The notes under the pieces were generated by a model. The model was not told the DNA's origin. It ran no database searches and saw nothing but the letters and a program-made list of their open reading frames with translations. A stretch of DNA of 64,000 nucleotides from Eledone cirrhosa. Lineage: Eukaryota. Positions within the stretch are counted from its first letter, which is position 1, and each line of letters starts with the position of its first letter. The translations under genes and the position numbers were made by a program. This document shows positions 14,626 to 28,209 of this stretch, piece after piece. The stretch lies in the NCBI GenBank assembly GCA_964016885.1, contig OZ024750.1, positions 22,258,001 to 22,322,000 of the forward strand, in the 5' to 3' direction.

Positions 14626-14668
<43 letters not shown>

Positions 14669-15667
14669 ATATATACTTGTGTACTGACACAGTCTGTAAA
14701 GACTCATCTAACTCTTGCTAGAAAGGTAAATGGATGTTAAACATGGTGTATGTATATGTATGAGTGTGTGTGTGTGAGAGAGGAGAGAGTGTGTGAGTGT
14801 ATGTATGTGAGTGTGTGGTGTCCACTGTCTATGTTTACATGTATATCTGTGTTTATGTTCCATAACTTAGCAGTTTAACAAAAACTGAATCCCAGACTTG
14901 AAAAATTAAGTAACTGGGGTTGATAAGATTGACTACATCAATCTAGTGCCCCAGTATGGCAGCAGTCTAATGACTGATACACATAAAATAATTTTTTTTA
15001 ATATTTAATCAGGGAGGGATGAGCCCATGACCTTTTTCAAGGCACTTGACATCAGTGATGGGAGGTTTCCATAAGCTTAGCTTGAATGCTTGCAACAGAA
15101 TAGACTCTGTTAAAGGCACCCATGAGCTAGTTGGAGGCGTTAAATCAGGGCAACAAATTAAATCTACCACCCAAGTAGGCCATAGTGAAATTTGAACTCA
15201 GAACACAAAGAACCTGAACAAATCCCACCACCAAGATCTCAGAACAGTCAGAGGGTAGTGTGTAATGGTGTATCCATTTCCAATACAGTGGAATCAAGCA
15301 TATTTGTTCCCCCTCCAGGGACTTAAATGGGTGTCAGTTACAAAAATACAAAGTAAATAGTAGTATTCAATGAGAACTCAAATGTATTATTCACTTTTCA
15401 TGCTAGCTGAAATTTCCGTTCTAGTCATCCTCTCTGTTATGTTGGCCTTGAAGAATGACAATTACATAGAATGGAGAAGACACTAGAGTATTTAATCCAA
15501 GACTCTAACAAGTCTGCCAATTTCACCGTCTATGAAAGTATTTAAGAAAACATTCAAAATATATGGAGGGAGGCTGTGTTGATAAAGACCCATCTAACCC
15601 ATGCAAGTATGAAAAAACAGAACAGATCTAAAATAATGATGATGATTCCAAAATTCAGTCAACTTAC

Positions 15668-15757
15668 CATCCAGAGTATCCAATGAGACCACAATTTCCA
15701 CAAATATCCACATGGAATGCATCACTGGAGATCATGAGTCTTTCCAGAAGAAGCATG
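15668..15757 (-). CDS. POLR3B: POLR3B exon 16/17
   Basis: tag|C ATG...GGA TG|gtaagt; [31 protein letters not shown]; 90 nt. Confidence 0.95.
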
Positions 15758-15854
15758 CTAAGGAATATTAAAAATAATGACTTAATGAAAAATGTTATCA
15801 AACAATTGAAAGATTGAAATCAAAGAAATCAGATTATCAATATAGAAGTGTATG

Positions 15855-15905
<51 letters not shown>

Positions 15906-15908
<3 letters not shown>

Positions 15909-16360
15909 AAGTTTTATTTAAATTGTTGGGTTACAACGAGTAAATATTTATAACTGATATAAAAGCACTCAACAAGTATTTGGAGTATATTTACGATATT
16001 AAATAAATGGAAACTATATTTATAAAACCATATTTATTTCATTATACATATTTCAGGGATATCATATTAAAAATATGTTATGCCTTCCTCAGACAAAATA
16101 CAATATAAACAGTCTTATAAATAGATAGATTTGACATACCTTTCAACTTCAACTTCCATTTAAAAAGTTGATTTGGTACCAAATCAACTTTTTAAATGGA
16201 AGTTGAAGTTGAAAGGTATGTCAAATCTATCTATTTATAAGACTGTTTATATTGTATTTTATCTGAGGAAGGCATAACATATTTTTAATATGATATCCCT
16301 GAAATATGTATAATGAAATAAATATGGTTTTATAAATATAGTTTCCATTTATTTAATATC

Positions 16361-16363
<3 letters not shown>
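15906..16363 (-). mobile_element. Fold-back Penelope-like element end, copy 3
   Basis: 372-bp spacerless palindrome 15992-16363 centred on GGTACC (16175-16180), one mismatch seen; tail on the left (15906-15991); (TA)n flanks. Confidence 0.78.
16035..16100 (-). ncRNA. Minimal type I hammerhead ribozyme motif (sense to POLR3B pre-mRNA)
   Basis: UAUUUUGU CUGAGGA [AGGCAUAACAUAUU-UUU-AAUAUGAUAUCCCU] GAAA UAUGUA UA^AUGAAAUA; mirror copy on plus strand at 16255-16320. Confidence 0.75.
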
Positions 16364-16407
<44 letters not shown>

Positions 16408-16646
16408 CATTTTACGTCCACTTTTTCCTGCTTGCAAGGGTGGGATGGGAACTGGTTCTGGGTTGATTTCTACAGCTGGATGCCCTTCCTAACACCAACC
16501 TCATTTACGGTGAGTGTTGGGTGCTTTTTTGCTGTGGCACTTGCACAACCACTTTGCAGTGGAATGATAGGGACTCCAGTCCTATCATCTCATTTCTACA
16601 GCTGAGTAAACTGGAGCAATGTGAAATAAAGTGCCTTGCTCAAGGA

Positions 16647-16701
<55 letters not shown>

Positions 16702-17152
16702 TTTGTGTGTGTATATAGGAGAATGTATTTGTGTTAGTGTGTAAATGAGTGTGTACATGTTTGCATAATTACATGGAAACATGTATGTGTGTATATGGTA
16801 TGTGTGTGTACATGGTATATGTGTGTGCATGGTATGTGTGTATATGGTATTTATGTGTGTATATGGTATGTGTGTGTATATGGTATGTGTGTGTGTATAT
16901 GGTATGTATGTGTGTATATGGTATGTGTGTGTGTGTATATGGTATATGTGTGTGTATATGGTATGTGTATGTGTGTATATGGTATGTATGTGTGTATATA
17001 TGGTATGTGTGTGTGTATGGTATGTGTGTGTGGGTGTATGGTATGTGTGTGTGTGTATATATGGTATATGTGTGTGTATATATGGTATGCGTGTACATAA
17101 AGGATGAAAGACAAAGTTGACCTCGACAGGATTTGAACTCAGAGTGCAGAAA

Positions 17153-18038
<886 letters not shown>

Positions 18039-18774
18039 TTATGTGTGTGTCAATATATATATATATATATGTGTGTGTGTATGTGTGTGTGTGTGTGTGT
18101 GTTTGTGTGCATGTATGTATGCAAGAAGTAAATGGAAACAACAAAACAAACAACACAGTACAATGAAGAAATATATCACTTTAACGTTTGATATATTTGG
18201 AAATGAGTCTTTACATTTCAGACACTAGTCCTTCATCAGAATATAGAACAAGAAATAAAAGATGATATAGAAAGATAGAGTGAATAGAGGAAGGAATGAG
18301 AAAGAAAGTTTTTGAGAAAAAGCATGTGTGCATTGAGTCAGCCATTTTTATATACATATGGAAGCACATGGCTTAGTGGTAAGAGCATTGGCCTTACAAT
18401 CGAAAGGTTGTGAGTTCAATTCTCAGACCGGGTGATGTGTTGTTTCCTTGAGCAAGACACTTTATTTCACATTGCTCCAGTTTACTCAGCTGTAGAAATG
18501 AGATGATAAGGACTGGGGTCCCTATCATTCCACTGCAAAGTGGTCGTGGAGGTGCCACGGCAAAAAAGCACCCAGCACTCACTGTAAATGAGGTTGGTGT
18601 TAGGAAGGGCATCCAGCTGTAGAAATCAAGCCAGAATCAGTTCCCGTCCCACCCTTGCAAGCAGGGAAAAGCGGACGTAAAATGATGATGATGATACACA
18701 CACAAACACACTCACACACACATGTATATGTAGATACACATGTATATCTGTGTATGGGTGTGTGTGGGTGTATG

Positions 18775-18842
<68 letters not shown>

Positions 18843-18867
18843 ATGTGATATATATAAGTCATATATG

Positions 18868-19245
18868 TCATGTGGAGAGAAATGAGGCAAACATGCTCCG
18901 TTGGATGTAAAGTGTCAATGTGCATGAACGACCGAGCATGGATGTGTTGAGAGAGAAACTGTGTCCGAGAGGGATAAATTGTAGTGTGCGGGAGAGGAGA
19001 CTGCGATGGTATGGACATGTGATGCGCATGGAGGATGGCCGATGGGTGAAGAAGTGCCAGGAAATGCCAGTTGAAGGAAGACGCAGTAGAGGTAGACCAC
19101 GAAAAACATGGGCGGAGGTGGTGAGAGCAGACCTCAGATCGCTGAAGCTCTCGGTGGAGATGACGAGTGAAGAGATGCTGTACTGAATAGGACCCGTCCC
19201 ACCCTTGCAAGCAGAGAAAAGCGGATGTAAAATAATGATGATGAT
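18868..19245 (+). mobile_element. RTE LINE 3' fragment (second subfamily); related fragments at 4651-4908 and ~30350-30660
   Basis: [35 protein letters not shown], ending CCCGTCCCACCCTTGCAAGCAG...(ATG)n. Confidence 0.85.
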
Positions 19246-19507
19246 ACGCACACACAAATTAGATTACTACAATGATTGCATAATGTGAATATTTGCGCTT
19301 TGTTAGCATATCAGATAACACCAAATTTTCAATTCAACATGTGATGTTATGATAGATATATTAGATTAACAGTTATCTTTGTTTATGTCTCACATAAATA
19401 AAAGCCCTGTGGTTCAGCAGTTGAAAATATGAAGATCAGTACCTTACTTAAAAAACATGTACATCTTAGTGTCAGGAAAGGCATCTGGTTGTAGAATACT
19501 ACCTTAA

Positions 19508-19725
19508 CCCTTTAGCATTTAAACTGGCCATATCCAGCCAGAATTCTCTCACCTTTCTTTTCGAATCAGCTATAACCGGCTGCTCATACTTATGTTAAGG
19601 TATTGTTCTCAAAATAAATAATATCAAAATCTCATAGATTCGATATTATGTTAGATATTATGTAAAATAAAGTGTTTACCATGAAAATACAATAATAAAT
19701 ATAGAGTAATGTAAATGCTAAAGGG
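19508..19725. mobile_element. piggyBac-type MITE; other copies ~5143-5334, ~22808-23014, 24645-~24820, 26160-26376, 41678-41874, 50462-50988, 55425-55635
   Basis: TTAA|CCCTTTAGCATT...AATGCTAAAGGG|TTAA: CCC-starting TIRs with TTAA TSD. Confidence 0.88.
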
Positions 19726-20263
19726 TTAAAAGATGGTCTCATCCAACCCATGCTAGCTTGGAAAAACATGATGATGATTATTTTCCATGCTGTCATATGT
19801 TGGAGAGGTTGTTAGAGTACAAGTCAGTACATATTCACAATGACTGTCCTGCTAGATAAGTCAGGGGACCACATCTTGCTTATATGTTTCAATTATGGCA
19901 TTGTTTCTATGGTTAGATGCTTTTCCTGACACCAACAAGTCTACTGAGTATGGGGACAGTGTTTTATAGCAGCAAACTTTTCAGTTTATAGTCAATAACT
20001 CATGTTATTAAGCTAAACTTTGTGAATGTTGCAGACTTTATACAGATATAAGTTTTCTCAGAAGTTTGGACTATTTTCCAATGTATAATTATATCTATAC
20101 ACTAAACTCTCACTAAATGTTTATACTGTAACTAAATCAATAGGAATGCTTCACTTATGAAGTAACAAATATATTACTGTTTCACTAGAGGTGGTGGTTC
20201 TCAGTATGTTTATATATTTTAACACTCGAAAACTATTAAATTATATTTTTATTAGAACAATAT

Positions 20264-20300
<37 letters not shown>

Positions 20301-21812
20301 CAGCAGCAGCAGTAGCATCAGCAGTAGTAGTAACAATAACAACAATTTCTACTACCATCATCATCATTACTACTACTAGCACCACCACCACCACCTATCG
20401 ACAATAACTTGCACTTAAAATGACACACAATGACAGACATCACATATCCCACCCATTCCATCATCATCATCATCATCATCACCACCACCATGTATCCTGA
20501 ATTATCCTCCTATCCTGAAAGTAATGTGTTAAAATATACAAGATAAACTATTTTTAAACCAAACTGACCCTGGATCTATAATACAAAACTGTGTGTATTA
20601 AAATGATTATATTTATCAAAAAGCTTTCCATCATAATTTTATGTGGGAGGACTTCAGCTGTGTCAAAAACATCATAATCTCTATAGTGCTGGTACCATGA
20701 TGTTGTGGTGGTGATGATGATGATGAACTTTAATTAAGTTATATTCCAAACACCAGCTTAATAATGAGAAAGCTAGTTATATTACTAAAACCCTCCAATT
20801 TTTTTTATTATTTTAAAAATGATTTTAAAATCATAGCTTAATGTCATTCAGCAGAAATATGGTTATGAAGGAGTTATACAAGCTTTGGGAACAATAAATA
20901 GTAAAGTTTGGAAAATGATAACCTTGTTAGGAGAAATAAGTTCTAAGTGGTGACAATTCTAAGCAGCCATATCGAATGTCATACTTCCCTTGGGGAGGTG
21001 AAGCCATGATGAAGCCTTGACTTAATCATAGCTTTCTCTAATGGCTGCTTCACTGAAATGAGTTGCCACTTCTAATGTAAACTGATACTATCTACCAGTC
21101 ACAACACTTGACGAAAAAGGAAGTGGGATTTGAACTCAGTGTGCAATGAGCCAGAACAAATACCAAAACACCCCAACAACTCAGCCAATTCACCACCCTT
21201 TACATAATATCAGTTACACTAAATTTTCTATTAAAAAAACTCATATGACTATTTGTTTCCCCTTTTATATCAAAAAATCTTCCATCACAAATTCTATCTA
21301 AAAACAATTTTGTCAAGTAATGAATGGTCCAAACATCAGCTTACAAATGAAAAATTTGGTTATTTTATTAAACTAGAATTTTTTTCCACAATCTGACGCG
21401 TATGTGCATTTGTGTGTGCGTGTGTGTAATGACGGATTTTAAATAAAAATATCATCAAGCAAAATAAAATTCATTGAAAATCGACCACAGAAGAAGAAAA
21501 CAATTTGTTTATAATATTTTTTTATTCTCTACTGATCGTCTGCTACTTTTTAAATCAAACGTAAAGAGAGAGGAGTAGTATGAGGTAGTCATAACAACAG
21601 TGGTAGCAGCACCGTATTTTTGTTGTGAAAAGAGAGGAGTAGTATGAGGTTGTTAAACAACTCCTTTCTCTTTACGTGGTGTGACAGAATCGCAGAAATT
21701 TATAGAGAGATTTCTTGTCTTTTTTTTATTTTCAAAATGAATGGAAACACATTAGTACTATTACAATGTGGTGTTAGTGGCATTACAGATATGGTAACAA
21801 AGGGTTAAACTC

Positions 21813-21972
<160 letters not shown>

Positions 21973-22366
21973 ATGAACCTCTATCGGTTCCAGTGACAAG
22001 CATTCCAGTTGTTTGATCAACAGAATAGCCTGCTTCTGATATCAACATGCAAGTGCCTGAGCATTCCACAGATACATCCACCCTTAACATAGTTCTCAAG
22101 GATATTCAGTGACAAGACTAGCTTATTGAATTAGAAGTACAACTAACTTTTGTCAGCCAAATGGACTGGAGCCAGCCTTGTTCAAGGACACAATACACTG
22201 CCAGAAATCAAACTCACAACCTTACAATCCTGAATCAAACACCATAAACATTAAACCACATGCCTTCACACTGTCTGCATGTGTGTGTATATATACAAAT
22301 TTGCAGAACTATCCAATCCATGCATAAATGTAAAACAAGAAAGAGCACCTGTTCCTCTCAACTTAC

Positions 22367-22463
22367 CCTGTGATACCTGAAGTTACAAAGTCCTTCCCCA
22401 GGTAATTGAAGCCATGCCTGATGAGATCTTCAGATAAATTTACCACTTTATCTCCACCAAACG
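22367..22463 (-). CDS. POLR3B: POLR3B exon 14/17
   Basis: tag|CG TTT...ACA GG|gtaagt; [33 protein letters not shown]; 97 nt. Confidence 0.95.
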
Positions 22464-23513
22464 CTACAACAACAATAACAGCAAAATATACAAATGCACC
22501 ATGTTTATATAAAAGCAACATTCCCTCTAATTTTCCCATACCACTGTATGCATCCTGGTTTTTAGGAGAGACACTGAATCCTTGCATGTCCTAAGAAGCA
22601 ACCAAAAGGGTCAGTGTTAGAAAGGGTATCCAGCTGTAAAACATTGCCTCAAACCATCCAGTATAAACCCTCATCAATTGTTTTTAGGTGTCATGATAGG
22701 GTATATGGAATAAAATGTTAAGAAGCACTGACATAGAGAAATTAGAAATTTTGCAAGTTTTCACCCAATTTAGAAAGTATGAAATTTCTTCAGAATTACA
22801 TAGTTTACCCTTTAGTATTTACAATTCTCTATATTTACAATTACATTTTCATGGTAAAGGTTTTACCTCATATAATATCGAATCTATGAGATTTTGATAT
22901 TATTTATTTTGAGAATAATACCTTAACATCAGTATGAGCTGCCAGTTACGGCATGTTGGAACAGAAAGAGGTGAAAGAATTCTGGCCGATACAGCCAGTT
23001 TAAATGCTAAAGGGTTAACCGACAAAACAATGTTGAAATAGAGGGATCTAAGAGAATCTATACTTGTAAGAATGACTGTGTAATTATCAAGACCACTTCA
23101 CAATCACATGGTTCTGAGTGAAAGCAGGAACAAAGAGAAAGAATGAAAAGAAAAGAATGGAAAGAAAAGAAAGCAGGATCAGGAAAAATAAAAATAGAAG
23201 GAAAGAAGAATGAACAAAGAAAAAGGAAGTACAACAAGAAGTGTTTTAAGGCCATTTTTCCTGCTGGAGGAAGGGTTAGCCTTGCAGACTCCATGACAAG
23301 CTTCTCCAATTTGCCCTATCACCTGCATTTCTCCTCACCATCTACCTAGCTTTCATTTCCTCCATTTTAATTTTGTCTTTTTTTGGTTTCCTTCTTCCTC
23401 TACAAGTGTATCCAACACATTTATTTCCATCACTTCTCTCTCAGTCACTTTCGAATCAGGAAAAAGAAAAACAAAACAGAGTAAGATTCCATGAAATATG
23501 AGTCAAATCTTAC

Positions 23514-23619
23514 CAGTTCCATAGTGGAATTTTCCATCCAAGACTCCAGCTTTTCCGCCCAACAATTCCATCAGTTTTCCAACAGTCATACGCGAGGGGT
23601 AACCATGAGGATTCATAAT
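23514..23619 (-). CDS. POLR3B: POLR3B exon 13/17
   Basis: cag|ATT ATG...ACT G|gtaaga; [35 protein letters not shown]; 106 nt. Confidence 0.96.
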
Positions 23620-24128
23620 CTGAAAGTTAAAAAGGGAATGGTTGTTTATGTTGCTTAACCCTTTCGTTACCATGTTTGGAACATAACTTAACAAAGGTTC
23701 TTACATAAAATTATGATGAAAGAATTTTAGATAAATATAAGCACTTAAACCTATTCATGGCCATATTTCTTTAAGTAATATACTACCTGTGACTCTCCAA
23801 TCAAGAATTAGGAGGGATTTAATTATCTAGCTAACTTTCTCATTATTAAGCAGGGGTTTGGAAAATAACTTAACAAAGGTTCTTACATAAAATTATGATT
23901 GGAGGTTTTTAGATAAATATAAACAATTTAAAACTTTCATTACCATATTTCTAATGTAAGACACGACCTAAGATTTTCAAATAATTTTGAAAATAATTAC
24001 AAATTTGGAAGAATTTAGTAATATAAATAACTTCCTCATTATCAAGCTGATGTTTGGAACAAAGGTCCATCATCATCATCATTATCATTATTTTGTCTTC
24101 TTTCTACACTGACATGGGTTGGAGATGT

Positions 24129-24182
24129 AGGATTATAATTTTTCAAACTATTAGCCTCATTTTAACGATAAATGTTTTATTA

Positions 24183-24276
<94 letters not shown>

Positions 24277-24352
24277 CATTCATGTAGATTTAAATATTTA
24301 AAAAAAGTTTTATCTTTAAAATCAGGTTAATAATTTGAAAAACTATAATCTT
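24129..24352. repeat. Inverted repeat (~45-bp arms) around (TA)n, MITE-like
   Basis: AGGATTATAATTTTTCAAACTATTAGCCTCATTTTAACGATAAA vs TTTATCTTTAAAATCAGGTTAATAATTTGAAAAACTATAATCTT. Confidence 0.6.
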
Positions 24353-25447
24353 ATTAAACAACAACACATCTCAGACAAACACAGACATTTATAAATTACT
24401 GGTATGTTAACAATGTTTTCTTTCGATGCTATACTGTGCTACAGAATATATCTATGGGGTTTAACCAACAATATACATACACACAGATGTAAATACCTTG
24501 TCTGTATGTACAGTATCTTCATGAACAGAAAATGAAGGGAAAGCCAGGTTACCTTCAATCTTGTATTAGGATTTCATCAGTGACTGAGCACTCTCCTTAA
24601 CTATCCACAGAGATACTGCTTATATATTATAATTAATGGCTTAACCCTTTAGCAGTTAAACCGGCCATATCCGGCCAAAATTCTCTCACCTATAACTGAC
24701 CACTCATACAGATGTTAAGGTATTGTTCTCAAAATAAATACTATCAAAATCTCATAGATTCAATATTATGTGAAAGTGTTTACTGCAAAAATACAATAGT
24801 AAATATAGAGTAATGTAATGTAATGGTGACCATCACCATTACATTACATTACTCATTACATAATTCATAGTTGCTACACATTTACACAATAATACATCTC
24901 AAGGTTTCCCTCTTTCATGTTGTTTATGAAAGATTAATTTCTTTCAGAACTCATCAAATGATTTACGTGTTTAACAAGAAATATGTAAAGACAGGGAACA
25001 TCTGAATAGAGCCCAGGAGCAAGGTATTAAAATTTATTTTGATAGACAAGTGACATATCAGGTGGGTCTTTATCTCAACTTACATCACACATTACACATC
25101 ATTAATAACAAGATAAACAGGTGTAGCTAATCTTTTTACTAGGAATGTCTTCACTCATGAATTATCATACAATAAAACTGATAGTTACCTAGGCTTATAT
25201 TTATTTATACATTTTTTTAATGTTTAGTCAGTGAGGGAAGGGTAATGCCTATGACCTTTATCAGGTCTTCAGAGATTGGTGGAAAGCGGTAGGGAGGGGA
25301 AGAAGGTATCCTCAAACTAGAGACCTGCCCTGAAAGCTTGCAACATCGTCAAAGCTGGACCACCTTTCACATATGAATACTCGGTCGGGGCTAACCTCGG
25401 GGCAAAAACAACAATGGCGTTGGACCTCCATCAGTTCTGACAACAAT

Positions 25448-26440
25448 TGCTTCAGTTGTTCAAACAACAAAACAGCCAGCTTGTGAAATTAAAGTGAAAG
25501 TGGCTGAGCATTCTACAGATATAGGTACATACCCTTAATGCAATTCTCAGGGAAATTCAGTATGACACAGTGTGCAACAAGGCTGATCCTTTGAAATACA
25601 AGTGATCCAGTTGTTCAAACAACAAAACAGCCAGCTTGTGAAATTAACGTGCAAGTGGCTGAGCATTCTACAGATATAGGTACATACCCTTAATGCAATT
25701 CTCAGGGAAATTCAGTATGACACAGTGTGCAACAAGGCTGATCCTTTGAAATACAAGTGCTTCAGTTGTTCAAACAACAAAACAGCCAGCTTGTGAAATT
25801 AACGTGCAAGTGGCTGAGCATTCTACAGATATAGGTACATACCCTTAATGCAATTCTCAGGGAAATTCAGTATGACACAGTGTGCAACAAGGCTGATCCT
25901 TTGAAATACAAGTGCTCCAGTTGTTCAAACAACAAAACAGCCAGCTTGTGAAATTAACGTGCAAGTGGCTGAGCATTCTACCGATATAGGTACATACCCT
26001 TAATGCAATTCTCAAGGAAATTCAGTATGACACAGTGTGCAACAAGGCTGATCCTTTGAAATACAAGTGATCCAGTTGTTCAAACAACAAAACAGCCAGC
26101 TTGTGAAATTAACGTGCAAGTGGCTGAGCATTCTACAAATATAGGTTATGTACCCTTAACCCTTTAGCATTTAAACTGGCCATATCTGGCCAGAATTCTC
26201 TCACCTCTCTGTTCAAACTGGCTCTAACCGGCCACTCCTATTAATGTTAAGATATTGTACTCAAAATAAATAACATCAAAATCTCAGATTCAATATTATG
26301 TGAGATAATTATGTGGAGTAAAGTGTTTACCATGGAAATACAACAGTAAATATAGAGTAATGTAAACGCTAAAGGGTTAATGCAATTCTCAGGGAGATTC
26401 AGTATGACACTGTGTACAACAAGGCTGACCCTTTGAAATA
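25448..26440. repeat. 155-bp tandem array, ~5 copies, SINE-derived; last unit interrupted by piggyBac MITE
   Basis: CAGTTGTTCAAAC at 25453, 25608, 25763, 25918, 26073; homologous to the dispersed copy at ~22005-22270. Confidence 0.93.
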
Positions 26441-26622
26441 TAGATATAACTCATTTTTGCCAGCCGAGTTGGCTGGAGCAACACAAAATAAATTGTCTTG
26501 TATAAGAACATGACACACTGCCAGGAAACTCCTGACAGTGCCAAACACCCTAATCACTAAACAACAATAAAAATAAGATAAATAGTGTTGTTAGGTTTTA
26601 TTGTTAATTTGTTAATACTTAC

Positions 26623-26640
26623 AATATCTGGACAAATACC
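26623..26640 (-). CDS. POLR3B: POLR3B exon 12/17, 18-nt microexon
   Basis: ttttatctatttcag|GGT ATT TGT CCA GAT ATT|gtaagt = GICPDI, exactly the conserved residues missing between flanking exons; phase 0-0. Confidence 0.93.
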
Positions 26641-26906
26641 CTGAAATAGATAAAACAGAAGATATATTAATATAAACTTGGGGAGATAATGGTTTCTCAT
26701 TTAGAGTGAATGAAAAAATTGTGATGATGATAATAATTGTTTCTACTTTTGGCACAAGGCCAGCAATTACCCCAGTGCATTACTGGTACTTTATTTTATC
26801 GACCTCGTAAGGATGAAAAGCAAAGTTAACCTCAGTGGGATTTGATGATGACATACACTATTGATCAAGCAATACAAGCATGGAAAATATATGTAAAACA
26901 ATGGCA

Positions 26907-26942
<36 letters not shown>

Positions 26943-27212
26943 GGGAACATTTTTTCACGCTCAGAGTTGTTGAAGCATGGAACAAACTACCTGCATTAAT
27001 CGTTAGCTGCCGAGACACTGCATCCTTTAAAACCTCCATGCTTCCTGAAATTCGCCAATACTGCACCTGATGTCCCCATTCCATACACACGCACACATGT
27101 ATATCATGACTCATACACTATTCACTTTCCTGACATTTGTATATTATTCTATGTACTATACCTGCACCTTTGATGATTTGTAGTGCACCTGAGCACTGTA
27201 CACAATAATTTC

Positions 27213-27228
<16 letters not shown>
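26943..27228 (+). mobile_element. CR1/L2-like LINE 3' end with (ATT)n tail
   Basis: HFFTLRVVEAWNKLPALIVSCRDTASFK, typical CR1-clade ORF2 terminus. Confidence 0.75.
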
Positions 27229-27275
<47 letters not shown>

Positions 27276-28209
27276 TCACCGTTTAACATCTTATTTCCAT
27301 GCTTGCATGGGTTAGACAGGTGTCCACATTATGAGGCAAGTCTGACCAGTTGGCTGTGCCATACCTTGCTCAAATAGAACTGTATTTTGGCCAGTTTTCT
27401 TTTTACAGCTGGATGACTTTCTTTACACCAACCATGTTTATAGTGTGGAACTGGGTGGTCATGTTATGAGAAGGGTCTGGCCAGTTGGCCACACTGTACC
27501 CTGCGAATACATGTCTGGAAGTTAGGTGGACCCATTATGAGGATGGTCAAGCCAGTTGGCCACATCAAACCTTGCTCATAGCGGAACCTGTGTTTTGGCT
27601 GGGTTTTTACAGCTACTGGATGCCCTTCCTAACACCAACCATATTTACAGTATGGGATTGGGTGGTATCTCATGCGAAAGGTCTGGCCAGTTGGCCATGC
27701 TGTACCTTGCTCATAATGGGACCATGTTTTGGCTGGGTTTTTGCGACTGCTGGATGCCCTTCCTAAGCACAAACCACGTCTACATGGTGCTAGTGTCACA
27801 ATAAAATGCGGCCAGTACACTCTGTAATAAAGTGATAGTACTAGAGCCACGATAAACTATATGGAAAGTATGATAAAGATGAGGTCACTGTGACCCATCT
27901 AGTCTCAAACCACGCTAACACAACCTAGCCAACCCAGTGCTGTCTGGAAAATAGCTGTAAACCATAATTAAAACAGCAAGATTGTATATTGTTGTCGGAA
28001 ATACAAGATCAGAAAAGGGTTAATTCTAATGCTAACATCAGCTAAAAGACAGATGTGACGGGTTGTTACCGTCGGTACCCATGGCAACAAATACACAAGT
28101 TTTGTGGAAAAGATTGTTGACAATAGAGGAAGAAGATTGGGAAGATAGATAGGAAAATAATAATTTGATACAGTGGGAAACTGGAGACAGACATCATAAA
28201 TCTTATGGA

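Noticed and set aside
21581-21602. TGAGGTAGT let-7-like start
   Set aside because: Match ends after 9 nt; no let-7 body or pre-miRNA hairpin.
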